From contig JBFMAY010000034.1 in NCBI GenBank assembly GCA_040755455.1, positions 1 through 46,079 on the forward strand: a stretch of DNA of 46,079 nucleotides, written 5' to 3'. Shown here one piece after another: positions 17,307-27,418 of this stretch. Below the pieces are notes generated by a model, which was not told the DNA's origin, ran no database searches, and saw nothing but the letters and a program-made list of their open reading frames with translations. This DNA comes from Thermodesulfobacteriota bacterium. GTDB lineage: Bacteria; Desulfobacterota; Desulfobulbia; Desulfobulbales; SURF-16. How positions within the stretch are numbered: the stretch's first letter is position 1; each line of letters starts with the position of its first letter. The translations under genes and the position numbers were made by a program.

Positions 17307-19822
17307 ATTTACGTTTGACCATATCCCACAAGGTCTTCCTGCTCTTCATGACCCTGACCTCGCTCACGGTGGTGCTGGGCTGCACCGTTTATTTCGGGCT
17401 GCATGATCTGCGGGTAGCCGGCAGTGAGGTGCAGGTGCTCACTGATTTTCAGCTTGAGATCAAGGAACTTTCCTCTTTCCAGGTGGGCAAGAAAGATCTG
17501 TTCGTTTCCCCGGACCAGGCCCGTTTTCAGGAGGAATTTGCCAAGGCCCAGCAGCTGTTGCTCCGGATGAAAAATTTTCAAACCAGTCTCACCCCGGAAA
17601 CGGAAAGGCAGATTGAGACAGCGGCAGGTTACCTGGGGTACTATCGTCAGGCTTTCCAGGAGCTGTTTGTCAAATATGAGAGGGACCAGGTTCTCAACCG
17701 CCAGCAGCGTAAGCTGTCGAATGATTTTTTCATGGCAGCCAAGGGGCTTCCGGCAAATGAGCAGCTCGCGGTTTATGAAAATTTTCTGCGCCTGCAGGCC
17801 CTGTTTGAAGAGGCTTATCATCAGCACGATGCGGCAAGGATCGGGGAGATGAAAGAGGTGCGCCGCAGAATGCCGGCCATCAGCAACCGCACTGAGATCA
17901 TAAAGCTTTTCGATGATTATGAGACAAATGCGGAAGCGATCTATCTCAACTTTCTTGGCATCATTGACCGGGAAGATTTTCTTACCGACACCGCCGCTCA
18001 TTTCTTTCAGTTTGCCACGGACACCGCCGCGGTGATAGCCGGACAAAGCCAGGCGCGGCAGCGCCTTCTTTCCTGGCTCATTGGTACTGTAAGTCTGTTT
18101 GCCGTTTCCCTGACCCTGCTGTTCTGGTGGCGCGCCTCCCGTTACTTCCGCCTGTTTCTCGACAGCCAGAAAAAGGCCATTTCGGCCATTGAGGGGGCTG
18201 ATTATGATTATGACGTGCCCATGGAAATTCCCAATGATGAAATTGGCGATCTGACTATTTTCATGAAGGAGCTTGCCGTCAACCTCAAAATAAATCTTGC
18301 AAGGGTCAGGGAATCGGAAAAACAGCTGCGCCAGGCAAAGGAGGAATGGGAGAGAACCTTTGACGCCATCGGTGATATAGTCACCCTGCAGGATGCGGAT
18401 ATGCATATGACCCGGGCAAACAGGGCGGCCTATCAGGCCTTTGGCTGCAAGCCCGGCGAGCTGATCGGCAAACACTGCTATGAAATTTTCCGCGGGGCCA
18501 CCGTTGCCTGCAGCGGCTGTCCGATTCCGGACGCCAGGAAGGATTTCAAGCCCTATAGTGCGGAGATAGAGCATCACTTGCTCAAAAAAATTTTCTGGGT
18601 ATCAGCCTCTCCGGTGGTCGATGAAAACGGGGGATTGCGTGGCATAGTGCACTTTGCCAAGGATATCACGGAAATGAAGAAACTCGAGGCCCAGTTTCTG
18701 CAGGCCCAGAAAATGGAGGCCATCGGCCGGTTGGCCAGCGGGGTGGCCCATGACTTCAACAATATTCTCACCAGTATTCTGGGTTACAGCGAGTTGCTGC
18801 TGCTGAAAGAACCGGACGATAGCCACTGGAAAGAGGAGGTTGAGGTCATCAAGCAGGCCGGCGAAAAGGCCGCGGTGCTCGTCCGCCAGCTCCTTACCTT
18901 CAGCCGTATCCAGCCGCTTGATGTCCGGAACGTCAACATCAATGAGATCATCCGTTCACTGCACAAGATGCTCAGCAGGATCGTCAGAGAGGATGTGACC
19001 CTGGAGTTGCATCCGGCGGAGCAGATCAGCACCATCAAGGCCGACCCCGGGCAGATCGAGCAGATCATCATGAACCTTACCGTCAATGCCCGGGATGCCA
19101 TGCCTGAAGGCGGCCGCCTTGCCATTACCACGGCTAATATCATGATTGATGAGCACTATGCCAGGATGCATGTGGATATGAAGGCCGGGCCCTATGTTAT
19201 GATCGCCGTGGCGGACAACGGGCAAGGCATGAGCCGGGAGATACAGGAGAGGATCTTTGAGCCCTTTTTCACCACCAAACAGGCGGGCACCGGTCTGGGC
19301 CTGGCGACGGTCTACAGCATTGTCAAGCAGCACAGTGGCGCCATCAATGTCTACAGCGAGATCAACAAGGGGACAACCTTCAAAATCTATTTCCCGGCCG
19401 TCAAGGAAGAGGCCGGTGTGGTTGAGCGGCAGCCGCGTTCCGCAGAGGCCAGACATGGCAGCGAAGCAATCCTGGTGGTGGATGATGAGGCCGGCATCCG
19501 GCAGATGATCGTCGATTCCCTGTCGCCCTTCGGCTACCGTCTTCTCGGCGCAGCCAACGGCGAGGAGGCCTTGCAGGTGGCGGAACAGTTTTCCGGCAAC
19601 ATCGATGTGCTGTTGACCGACATCATCATGCCCGGCATGTATGGAACGGAGCTTGCCGCGCGCCTGCAGAAGAAATGGCCCGCCATCAAGATTTTGTTCA
19701 TGTCCGGGTACCTGGAAATCAGAGAGCAGGAAAGCGATCTGGTCGATATGGAGAAAAATTTTCTGGCCAAACCGATCATGCCCTCCACCTTGACCAGAAA
19801 ATTGCGTGAGATTCTCGGCTAA
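17303..19822 (+). CDS. Membrane hybrid sensor histidine kinase (periplasmic domain-HAMP-PAS-HisKA-HATPase-REC)
   Basis: Two TM segments; [23 protein letters not shown]-box [29 protein letters not shown]-terminal REC (LTDIIMP, AKP). The GTG start overlaps the stop of the upstream gene. Confidence 0.92.
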   Translation: MNLRLTISHKVFLLFMTLTSLTVVLGCTVYFGLHDLRVAGSEVQVLTDFQLEIKELSSFQVGKKDLFVSPDQARFQEEFAKAQQLLLRMKNFQTSLTPETERQIETAAGYLGYYRQAFQELFVKYERDQVLNRQQRKLSNDFFMAAKGLPANEQLAVYENFLRLQALFEEAYHQHDAARIGEMKEVRRRMPAISNRTEIIKLFDDYETNAEAIYLNFLGIIDREDFLTDTAAHFFQFATDTAAVIAGQSQARQRLLSWLIGTVSLFAVSLTLLFWWRASRYFRLFLDSQKKAISAIEGADYDYDVPMEIPNDEIGDLTIFMKELAVNLKINLARVRESEKQLRQAKEEWERTFDAIGDIVTLQDADMHMTRANRAAYQAFGCKPGELIGKHCYEIFRGATVACSGCPIPDARKDFKPYSAEIEHHLLKKIFWVSASPVVDENGGLRGIVHFAKDITEMKKLEAQFLQAQKMEAIGRLASGVAHDFNNILTSILGYSELLLLKEPDDSHWKEEVEVIKQAGEKAAVLVRQLLTFSRIQPLDVRNVNINEIIRSLHKMLSRIVREDVTLELHPAEQISTIKADPGQIEQIIMNLTVNARDAMPEGGRLAITTANIMIDEHYARMHVDMKAGPYVMIAVADNGQGMSREIQERIFEPFFTTKQAGTGLGLATVYSIVKQHSGAINVYSEINKGTTFKIYFPAVKEEAGVVERQPRSAEARHGSEAILVVDDEAGIRQMIVDSLSPFGYRLLGAANGEEALQVAEQFSGNIDVLLTDIIMPGMYGTELAARLQKKWPAIKILFMSGYLEIREQESDLVDMEKNFLAKPIMPSTLTRKLREILG

Positions 19823-19952
19823 GCCGCAATACCACAAAAAAATTTCTGGCCAAAGGTGTTTTTGGGGGTTAGATGAATTTTTGCTGGTGAGTGGCGGTTA
19901 TGATGAGGCACAATATATTCAGGCAATGGATGCCTCGGCTGGCGGGAATAAC

Positions 19953-21755
19953 ATGAAGGTGCTGCATATGATCATGACCACGACAAAACTCATCGGCTCG
20001 CTGCTGCTGTACTTATGGGTTGTTGCCGCCAGCGTCCAGCCCGCGGAGGCAGGGGAGCAAAAGGAGCAACCGGCTGCCTCTGAACAGCCGGCGCCACAGG
20101 CGGCTGGTGCAGGGAGTACGCGCTATCTGATCAAATTATTCCCGGCGTCGGCCGCTGAACTTGCCGGAACGCCCAACTCCCTGCCACGTATCCTGCCTGA
20201 GGCCGCAGCGGGTTTCATCCGGCACATTCCCCGTTTCGGCCTGGTGGCGGCACATCTTGACGCCATGAGTCTGCAGAAGCTCAGCGCCAATCCCCGGGTT
20301 TCCTTCATAGAAGAGGATCAGCGCCGCTACCTGTACAGTCAGTATGAGCCTTACGGCATCAACATGGTGCAGGCGGACCGGGTGACGGATCTGCATGCCG
20401 GCGGGGTGACGGTCTGTGTCGTTGACAGCGGTTATGACCTGCTCCATGAGGACCTCAGCCAAAACAAGGTCGACGGCATTGATATCATCGGCAGCGGCAC
20501 CTGGTATGAGGATACGAACAAACACGGCACCCATGTGGCCGGCACCATTGCCGCCATGAATAACCAGGTCGGCGTGCTCGGGGTTCTGCCGGGCGGCAGC
20601 ATCAACCTCTATATCGTCAGGGTGTTTGACTCGTCCGGCACGGCCTATCTTTCCGACATCCTGGCCGGCGTGGCTGCGTGCGTCAGTCCCGAGGTGGGCG
20701 CCGATGTCATCAATATGAGTTTCGGCAGCGAGGCGTCAAGCTCGGCTGAGGAAGCGACGTTCCGCGCCATCGCCGACCAGGGGGTGGTGCTGGTGGCCGC
20801 GGCCGGCAACAGTGGCACCACGGCCAAGTCCTATCCGGCCTCTTATGATTCGGTCATCTCCGTGGCGGCCGTTGACGCAAACAAGGACCGGGCCTCCTTT
20901 TCCCAACAGAATGATCAGGTCGAACTGGCGGCCCCCGGGGTCGATGTCCTGTCCACCGTGCCGGTCGGTACGGTCACCACCCCGGTGATTTTATCCCAGC
21001 TCATTGTCGGCAATGTGTTGTATGACGCGCTGAACATGCAGGGTTCTCCCTCTGCCGAGGTGGAGGGGCCGTTGGCGGATTGCGGCATCGGCGCAGTACC
21101 GTGCCCGGATGCGGGCGGGAAGGTCTGTCTCATTGAACGGGGCGGCAATTATTTCTGGCAGAAGGTGCAGGCCTGCGAGGATGGCGGCGGCATCGGCGCC
21201 GTTATTTACAACAATGTGGATGGAACATTTTCCGGCACATTGTCGGATGTGAGCACCTTCATCCCCTCGGCGTCGATTTCCCGGCAGGACGGGCTGACCC
21301 TGCTTGGCGCCATTGGCGCAGAGGCGCATCTGAGCGTCGGTTCCTATCAGGATTATCAGGAAATGAGCGGCACCTCCATGGCCACCCCCCATGTGGCCGG
21401 GGTTGCCGCCCTGGTCTGGAGCTTCTACCGGGACACTTGCAGTGCCAGTCAGGTGCGGGAGGCATTGCGGATGAGCGCTGAAGATCTCGGCACCCCCGGC
21501 TATGACATTTCCTTTGGTTATGGGCTGGTGCAGGCGGAAAATGCCAAGCTCTATCTTGACGGACTGTGCGGGGGCAGCGGCTTGACCCGGGCTGACCAGG
21601 ATGGTGACGGCGATGTGGATGGCCATGACCAGGCTCTTTGGGCGGGCGCCTTTCTGGCCGCGGAGCCCTCGGCCGATCTCAACCGGGATGGTGCGATCAG
21701 TAATGAGGATCTCAGGGAATTTGCCGCTGCCTTCGGCACGGTGCCGAACCCATGA
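19953..21755 (+). CDS. Secreted S8 subtilase with I9-like prodomain, PA insert and C-terminal dockerin-like/EF-hand pair
   Basis: Catalytic motifs VVDSG, HGTHVAG, AAAGN and SGTSMATPHV; PA domain (GKVCLIERG...AVIYNN); C-terminal ADQDGDGDVDGHD and ADLNRDGAISNED. Exact start uncertain (several Met codons 19927-19974). Confidence 0.9.
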   Translation: MKVLHMIMTTTKLIGSLLLYLWVVAASVQPAEAGEQKEQPAASEQPAPQAAGAGSTRYLIKLFPASAAELAGTPNSLPRILPEAAAGFIRHIPRFGLVAAHLDAMSLQKLSANPRVSFIEEDQRRYLYSQYEPYGINMVQADRVTDLHAGGVTVCVVDSGYDLLHEDLSQNKVDGIDIIGSGTWYEDTNKHGTHVAGTIAAMNNQVGVLGVLPGGSINLYIVRVFDSSGTAYLSDILAGVAACVSPEVGADVINMSFGSEASSSAEEATFRAIADQGVVLVAAAGNSGTTAKSYPASYDSVISVAAVDANKDRASFSQQNDQVELAAPGVDVLSTVPVGTVTTPVILSQLIVGNVLYDALNMQGSPSAEVEGPLADCGIGAVPCPDAGGKVCLIERGGNYFWQKVQACEDGGGIGAVIYNNVDGTFSGTLSDVSTFIPSASISRQDGLTLLGAIGAEAHLSVGSYQDYQEMSGTSMATPHVAGVAALVWSFYRDTCSASQVREALRMSAEDLGTPGYDISFGYGLVQAENAKLYLDGLCGGSGLTRADQDGDGDVDGHDQALWAGAFLAAEPSADLNRDGAISNEDLREFAAAFGTVPNP

Positions 21756-21898
21756 AAAACTGCGGCCCATGGGCAATGTGCACTTGCCGGCAATTTCCTG
21801 AGGAGGTGAAGATAAAGATTCGACCTTGAACATGGATCTGGACAGCGGCTGCAGGCATATCAGCCTGCGCAATACAAATATTTTCAGAGGTGAAGACA

Positions 21899-22249
21899 AT
21901 GAATCAAGTTGACCAGCGAAAACATCAACGGCACATCCCTTCTGCAAAAACATTTGTGTATACATCCGAAAGCTTCGGACGGATACTGGACATCAGTGCC
22001 GGGGGCTTTTCTCTTCAATACATCGACGTGGACTCTCCGATCAAAAAACAGGAAAATGTCGATATTCTGCTGGGCAACCTCTCCCTGCTCAAAGTGCCCG
22101 TCACCGTTGTCTGGAACAGCCGCACCGCGGCTTTAGGCAACGATTCCATCATGAGCAGGGTGGGGGTAAAGTTTGCCGCTCTGACAAGTCAGCAAAAGGC
22201 CATGATTGATTCCTTCATATCACAGCACGCTCCGGCAATGCATAACTAG
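21899..22249 (+). CDS. Stand-alone PilZ domain protein
   Basis: RKHQR (RxxxR) and DISAGG motifs, GVKF, short C-terminal helix; GAGG upstream. Confidence 0.8.
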   Translation: MNQVDQRKHQRHIPSAKTFVYTSESFGRILDISAGGFSLQYIDVDSPIKKQENVDILLGNLSLLKVPVTVVWNSRTAALGNDSIMSRVGVKFAALTSQQKAMIDSFISQHAPAMHN

Positions 22250-22309
22250 CCTGCCAGACAGCATGCGGGCGGCCTTGCCTTCACGCTGTTTGAGCGGCGT
22301 TTTGTCGCA

Positions 22310-22807
22310 TTATTCGCTCTTGAAAAAGGCATTGGCGTTGGCCCCGCAAACCGGGCACTTCTCCGGTGCCCCTTTCTCGTGGGTATGCCCGCATACCGAA
22401 CAGACGTAATAATCATATTCCGCCGGCTCTGCGGCAAGACTGTCCAATAGCTGCTGATAAAGTGCGGCGTGTTCTTTTTCCACGCTGTTGGCGTATTGAA
22501 AAGAGCGGAGGGCCGCTTTATGCCCTTCGGCTTCCGCCTCTTTAATCATCTGCGGGTACATGTTTTTAAATTCATGGGTTTCGCCGGCAATGGCCTCTTT
22601 GAGGTTTTCCGCGGTGGTGCCGATGGCTTTCAGTGCCCGCAGATGGGCATGGGCGTGAATGGTTTCCGCCGCCGCCGCGGCCCGGAATAATTTCGCCGCC
22701 TGGGCAAAGCCTTCTTTGTCCGCCTTGTTAGCAAAGGCAAGATATTTTCTGTTTGCCTGTGATTCGCCGGCAAAGGCCTCATGTAAATTCTCTTCTGTTT
22801 TTCCCAT
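22310..22807 (-). CDS. rbr: Rubrerythrin
   Basis: AFAGESQA, ETIHA, GETHE and EKEH diiron ligands; rubredoxin-like CSVCG...CPVCG. Confidence 0.93.
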   Translation of the reverse strand: MGKTEENLHEAFAGESQANRKYLAFANKADKEGFAQAAKLFRAAAAAETIHAHAHLRALKAIGTTAENLKEAIAGETHEFKNMYPQMIKEAEAEGHKAALRSFQYANSVEKEHAALYQQLLDSLAAEPAEYDYYVCSVCGHTHEKGAPEKCPVCGANANAFFKSE

Positions 22808-23057
22808 GGTTCATCCTTTTTGTTTTTTGCTTTTCAATGGATACAGCGCAAGTTGGTGGTCAGATTATAGTGAATTTATCCCTGGTATTCCAGCCTTATT
22901 AGCGCAAAAAAAAACCGGCGGTTTTTTCCAGAGAAGATGCCGGGTAGAAATATCTCTATGATTGTCGGATAATTATCCCCGGGCATGGCATGTTTACGGC
23001 ACGGAATATTTTTGATGAATGGCGATGGCGGCCGAATAGGCGATTTTACATAGTTTT

Positions 23058-23088
23058 TTGACATATGGCCAACCGTCAAGTATATAAT
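23058..23088 (+). promoter_or_regulatory. Putative sigma70 promoter for the REC-TPR gene
   Basis: TTGACA (23058-23063), N17, TATATA(AT). A TTGAC-N12-GTCAA inverted repeat overlaps it. Confidence 0.5.
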
Positions 23089-23164
23089 ATATTGTATCAT
23101 TAGCACGTTACATGTTTGGTCTTGGACCAGGGCCGCTCACCTTAACAGATCATTGGCCATCCAT

Positions 23165-24334
23165 ATGAACAGTCAGTCACCGTTGCCGGAAATAGATTTC
23201 CTCCTGGTCGGTCAGGATAAGGAGGTACTGGAGCAGGATGCCCGGGTTCTGCAGCAGGCGGGGCATAAAAATATCCGGGTTGTGCTTACCGGCATCGAGG
23301 CGCGTCATGTGCTGAAAAACTCCCGGGTGCGCTTTGTTATTACCGATCTGCAGATGCGCTGCATGAACGGCATCGAGCTGCTCAAGCTCATCAGGAGAAC
23401 CCCCGGGCTGTCGGATATTCCGGTGCTGATCATCTCCGATAACCGCCAGAAGGAAATGATTCTTTACGCCATTGACGAAATGGTCGACGGCTATCTGGCC
23501 ACACCATACAGCGGGAAGGATCTGCTCCAGGCCATCAATAATATTCATAAAAGAAAAAAATTGACGGCCCTGCAGCAGGAGATCCGCCGGGCGCGGCATT
23601 TCATTCTCGGCAAAAATTATGAAAAGGCCGTTGACAAGGCCAAGGAGGTTCTCGCCCAAGACAAAAATAACAGCGAAGCCCTGTTTATTCTCAGTGAAGG
23701 CTACTACTGGCTGCGGGAACTGGATAAGGCAAAACAGATGCTGAATATGTACCTGAAGCAGAACCCCGCAAGCGGCAAGGGTACGCATCTGTTGAGTAAG
23801 GTGTGCCGGCTTGACGGCGCGTGCGGGGACGCCTTCGGCCTGCTCCTGAAGGCGCACAAGGAGAATCCACTGAACATCGATCTGACCATTGACCTCGGGA
23901 AATTTTATCTGGAAATGGATATGGAGGCGAAGGCCAGGGAAGTTTTCGCAGAGGTGATGTCCTCCGGGCCCACCGACCTCAACCTCATAAAAATGGGCAA
24001 GGCCTTTCTGAAAAAGGGCAGGCTGGAGGATGCGGCAGGCTATCTTGATAAAACGGTGCAGCCGCTGCCGGAGACGGCCTTCATCTTTGCCCAGTTGGGG
24101 CAGAAGCTGGAAGAGGCCGGCAGTCTTGAGGCAAGCGTGCACCAGTTCAAGAAATGCCTGGAACTGGTCCCTGATCACCCTGAATATCTGGTGAAGCTTG
24201 CGGAGGTTTACGGAAGACTTGGTGATGCGGCCAAGGCCAACGAGGTCCTCGAGCAATGCCTGATGAGCCACCCCGGCCATGAACAGGCCAAAAAATTACT
24301 GGAGACCGCTGCCAGGGAACGACATGATCGCTGA
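23165..24334 (+). CDS. Response regulator with C-terminal TPR repeats
   Basis: REC (FVITDLQMRCMNGIELL...IPVLIIS) followed by repeated helical TPR-like units (e.g. KKCLELVPDHPEYLVKLAEVY). Confidence 0.8.
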   Translation: MNSQSPLPEIDFLLVGQDKEVLEQDARVLQQAGHKNIRVVLTGIEARHVLKNSRVRFVITDLQMRCMNGIELLKLIRRTPGLSDIPVLIISDNRQKEMILYAIDEMVDGYLATPYSGKDLLQAINNIHKRKKLTALQQEIRRARHFILGKNYEKAVDKAKEVLAQDKNNSEALFILSEGYYWLRELDKAKQMLNMYLKQNPASGKGTHLLSKVCRLDGACGDAFGLLLKAHKENPLNIDLTIDLGKFYLEMDMEAKAREVFAEVMSSGPTDLNLIKMGKAFLKKGRLEDAAGYLDKTVQPLPETAFIFAQLGQKLEEAGSLEASVHQFKKCLELVPDHPEYLVKLAEVYGRLGDAAKANEVLEQCLMSHPGHEQAKKLLETAARERHDR

Positions 24335-24340
24335 CAATGT

Positions 24341-25099
24341 TTAGGGCAAGGATTTCAGCTTTTTCTGGATCATCTGCAGATCATGCCAGGCGCCTTTTTT
24401 CAGTTCCTGAACCTTGAGCAGCCTGGCCGGATGAAAGGTCGCCATGAGGGGAATTCCCCGGAAGTCGTGGAAACGGCCACGCAGGCTGATCAGAGACTGG
24501 GAGGTTTTGAGCATGGTCTGGCCGGCAGTCTGGCCCATGGTGCAGATGATTTTTGGTTGTAGCAGCTCAATCTGCCGCATGAGAAAGGGGAGACAGGCGG
24601 ATGTTTCCGCGGCGGTGGGGAGGCGCTCTGCCGGCGGCGCGCATTTGACGATGTTGGTCAGATAAATATCGTCCAGGGAGAGGTTGATAGCGCCGAGCAT
24701 TTTTACCAGCAGTTCGCGGGGCGCACCGCTGATGGGTCTGTTTTCCGCCTCTTCCCCGGGACCTGGTGGATCACAGATGATACACAGGGCAAGATCCTGC
24801 CGGACAGCCCCTTCGCCGAAGATCATCTGCCGCCGTGATTTGCCCAGCGGGCAATGCCGGCAATCCTCCAGGGCCTGCCTGAGATCATCGAGAGTCTGCC
24901 CGCCGGCGCTGTCCGGTCCGGCCGTTTCTCCGGCCGCAGGGGTGGCGTGCGGGGGCGTTTTTGCCTTTGCCGCTGTCGGGTGCAGAAATTTTTTTAACTC
25001 CGCTGATACAGGATAGTCGAGCTCACAATGCTGGTGAAAGGCGACCAGGTTTCTGGTTTCCCGCAGCAGTCTGCTTAAAGAGGAGAGATCATCCTGCAT
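24341..25099 (-). CDS. Uracil-DNA glycosylase, family 4
   Basis: CRHCPL Fe-S motif, [26 protein letters not shown]. Confidence 0.88.
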   Translation of the reverse strand: MQDDLSSLSRLLRETRNLVAFHQHCELDYPVSAELKKFLHPTAAKAKTPPHATPAAGETAGPDSAGGQTLDDLRQALEDCRHCPLGKSRRQMIFGEGAVRQDLALCIICDPPGPGEEAENRPISGAPRELLVKMLGAINLSLDDIYLTNIVKCAPPAERLPTAAETSACLPFLMRQIELLQPKIICTMGQTAGQTMLKTSQSLISLRGRFHDFRGIPLMATFHPARLLKVQELKKGAWHDLQMIQKKLKSLP

Positions 25100-26426
25100 G
25101 AATCGCCGCCCGCCATTCGCTTAACGCCTTGAGGGCCTTTTCCGCCCGCAACTGGCCGCGAAATTTTTTCGGCACCTTTTTGCCATTCTGGACGGCAAGA
25201 TCGGCAAAGAGGCCGAAGTTGATGTTGGAGGGCTGAAAATGGCCGGCATCGGTCTGGGTGAGATGGCGGATGAGGGCGCCGAGCGCGGTCTCATCCGGCG
25301 GGGAGACGGCTTCTTTGCCCTGCAGCAGGCGCGCGGCGTTGATGCCCGCCAGCAGCCCCATGGCCGTTGATTCCACGTAGCCCTCGACCCCGGTGATCTG
25401 ACCGGCCAGCAGGATGTCCTTTCTTGTTTTGAGCTGCAGGGATGGTTCCAGCACCTTTGGGCCGCAGACAAAGGTATTGCGGTGGATGCTGCCCAGCCGT
25501 TCAAACTCCGCCTGCTCCATGCCCGGAATCAGGCGGAAGACTCGCTGCTGCTCCGGGTAGGTCAGTTTGGTCTGGAATCCCACCATGTTGTAATGGCTTC
25601 CCGCCACATTCTCCTTTCTGAGCTGGACCACCGCGTATGGATCGCGGCCGGTGCGGGGATCGGGCAGCCCCACGGGCTTCATCGGCCCGAAGCGCAGGGT
25701 GTCCTCCCCTCGTTCCAGCATGACCTCAATGGGCAGACAGCCCTCGAAATATTTTTTTTCCTCAAAGGCTTTCAGCTCCACCTTGTCCGCCGCGGCCAGG
25801 GCGGAGATAAAGGTCAGGTACTGGGCCTTGTCCATGGGGCAGTTGAGATAATCGCCCGGCCCCTCATCATAGCGGGAGGCCTGGTAGATGATCTCCCGAT
25901 TCAGAGAATCGGCGGTGACGATCGGGGCAATGGCATCGTAAAAGGCGAGATGTTCCCCGGTGATTTCCTGCAGGGAGCGGGCGAGCCCGTCGCTGGTCAA
26001 GGGACCGGTGGCCACGATGGTCAGGGGATGGCCTTCGTCAGCCAGGGGAATGGTGCTGATTTCCTCACGGCGGACTTCTATTGCCGGCTGCGAGGCGATT
26101 TTTTCCGTGATAAAGCGGGCAAAGAGCGTGCGGTCAACCGCCAGAGCCTTGCCGGCCGGAACCCTGGTTGCGGCAGCGGCAGCCATGATGAGGGAGTCGA
26201 GCCGCCGCATTTCCTCTTTCAGCAGACCGACGGCCGAGAAGGGGTCGTCGGAGCGCAACGAGTTGCTGCAGACCAGTTCCGCGAGATCAGGGGAGGAATG
26301 GGCCGGACTGAAACGCCGGGGTTTCATGTCATAGAGGATAACCGCGCAACCGCGTTGCGCCCCCTGCCAGGCTGCCTCGCAGCCTGCCAGGCCGCCGCCG
26401 ATGATGGTCAGGAAGCGGTCAGCCAT
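25089..26426 (-). CDS. trmFO: FAD/folate-dependent tRNA m5U54 methyltransferase
   Basis: [49 protein letters not shown]. Confidence 0.97.
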   Translation of the reverse strand: MADRFLTIIGGGLAGCEAAWQGAQRGCAVILYDMKPRRFSPAHSSPDLAELVCSNSLRSDDPFSAVGLLKEEMRRLDSLIMAAAAATRVPAGKALAVDRTLFARFITEKIASQPAIEVRREEISTIPLADEGHPLTIVATGPLTSDGLARSLQEITGEHLAFYDAIAPIVTADSLNREIIYQASRYDEGPGDYLNCPMDKAQYLTFISALAAADKVELKAFEEKKYFEGCLPIEVMLERGEDTLRFGPMKPVGLPDPRTGRDPYAVVQLRKENVAGSHYNMVGFQTKLTYPEQQRVFRLIPGMEQAEFERLGSIHRNTFVCGPKVLEPSLQLKTRKDILLAGQITGVEGYVESTAMGLLAGINAARLLQGKEAVSPPDETALGALIRHLTQTDAGHFQPSNINFGLFADLAVQNGKKVPKKFRGQLRAEKALKALSEWRAAIHAG

Positions 26427-26699
26427 TATTACATACCCACAGGGGGATGGTGCGGGGAAAGCCGTCGAGCCTGGTCAGCATTTTCGCCTCAGTGCCTTTG
26501 CCGGCGCCTGGAGCGCCAGAAGAATGGGTTTCATATTTATGTATTCTGAAAACTATTGCAATGTATGCATGTCTAAAAAGGAGAAGAGGGAAAAAAGTTA
26601 AAATACACAATTTTGTTTTGTTTCACAGCAAAATAACGAGAAGGCAGGGGGCGTGGGCCAGTTTTGCGGAAATCTGCCGATAACTGCGGGTTTGGGGCA

Positions 26700-26815
26700 T
26701 TAAAAAAGCCGGTGCTGTGAGGGGGCACCGGCTTTTTTAATGGGGCTAAGGAGAAAAAAATGAAGAAAAGTGAGAAAAAAGGAACCGGTAAGAAGCTTCA
26801 TTTCTTACAGTCTTA
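26700..26815 (-). ncRNA. Candidate sRNA copy 1 (ends approximate)
   Basis: Minus strand: promoter GGAACC-N17-TCTTA, GTAAGAA/TTCTTAC hairpin, CU-rich body, then an 18-bp perfect stem (26698-26742) with loop CCCCTCACA and a U6 run. Confidence 0.55.
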
Positions 26816-26871
26816 ATAGTTAAGATTCTCCTGTTCAGGAAAGGTTCCAGAAAAAAAGAAATTTATCAGGC

Positions 26872-26975
26872 ATAAAAAAACCGGTGATGGGAGGTCACCG
26901 GTTTCGGTACTGCAAAAACAGAGGAGAAAATGAGAAGAAAGGAACAAGTAAGGAGTGTCATCTCTTACAGTCTTA
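26872..26975 (-). ncRNA. Candidate sRNA copy 2 (ends approximate)
   Basis: Same promoter; GTAAG/CTTAC hairpin; body TTCTTCTCATTTTCTCCTC; terminator CCGGTGA-CCTCCCA-TCACCGG followed by U7 on the minus strand (only T3 on the plus strand). Confidence 0.55.
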
Positions 26976-27029
26976 ATAGTTAAGATTCTCCTGTGCGGGA
27001 AAGGTTCCAAAAAAAGAAATTTGAGGGAG

Positions 27030-27147
27030 AAAAAAGAAAAGCCGGTGATGAGGGTCACCGGCTTTCTGTTTCCATTGCTGGAAACAATGAGAAAAATGAA
27101 AAGTGAAAAAGTAAGGTAACTGAGGATGTTAACTCTTACATTTTACA
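27030..27147 (-). ncRNA. Candidate sRNA copy 3 (ends approximate)
   Basis: Promoter GGAAC-N17-CGTT; GTAAG/CTTAC hairpin; body TTTTTCACTTTTCATTTTTCTC; extra hairpin at 27067-27086; terminator GCCGGTGA-CCCTCA-TCACCGGC-TTTTCTTTTTT. Confidence 0.5.
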
Positions 27148-27418
27148 ATTATAGAAACGCCCATTTTCACAAAAAGGTTCCGATAAAAAAAATATATTTT
27201 TTTGGCGTTGGCAAATTTCGCGGTTTACGAGGGAGTTCGGGAATTTATTTTTATTTTGGTTGACAAGAATAGGGGGGTAGAGTATTTAAATACGTTATTA
27301 ATCTTAATTTAAGTCTAAGCATCTTCTTTTCCCGTCAATATTCTCGCCCTACGCTGAGCCTCTTGGCCCCCGTTTTGATGCCGTTGAAGTTTTTGCTGAT
27401 CACTTAAAGGAGTACAGT

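Larger units (their letters stand above)
26698..27181. repeat. Three tandem diverged ~160-170 bp units
   Basis: Each unit contains a (G)CCGGTG...CACCGG hairpin, an A/G-rich tract, GTAAG...CTTAC and AAGGTTCC. Units 1 and 2 share 32 identical bp (TCTTACAGTCTTAATAGTTAAGATTCTCCTGT at 26803 and 26963; period 160). GGTTCC lies at 26843, 27003 and 27176. Confidence 0.9.

Noticed and set aside
22967..22978. Palindrome GGATAATTATCC upstream of rubrerythrin as a PerR/Fur box
   Set aside because: Short, about 160 bp from the start codon, and the spacing does not match the boxes I know.
26760..27119. Plus-strand micropeptides after SD-like motifs (MKKSEKKGTGKKLHFLQS, MRRKEQVRSVISYSLNS, MRKMKSEKVR)
   Set aside because: The shared DNA block is read in different frames and the lengths differ, while the promoter-like motif and the copy-2 terminator polarity point to the minus strand. 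Not fully excluded.
26698..27181. CRISPR array interpretation of the tandem repeats
   Set aside because: Only three diverged units with a ~160-170 bp period; the intervening sequences are similar to each other; no cas genes in the window.
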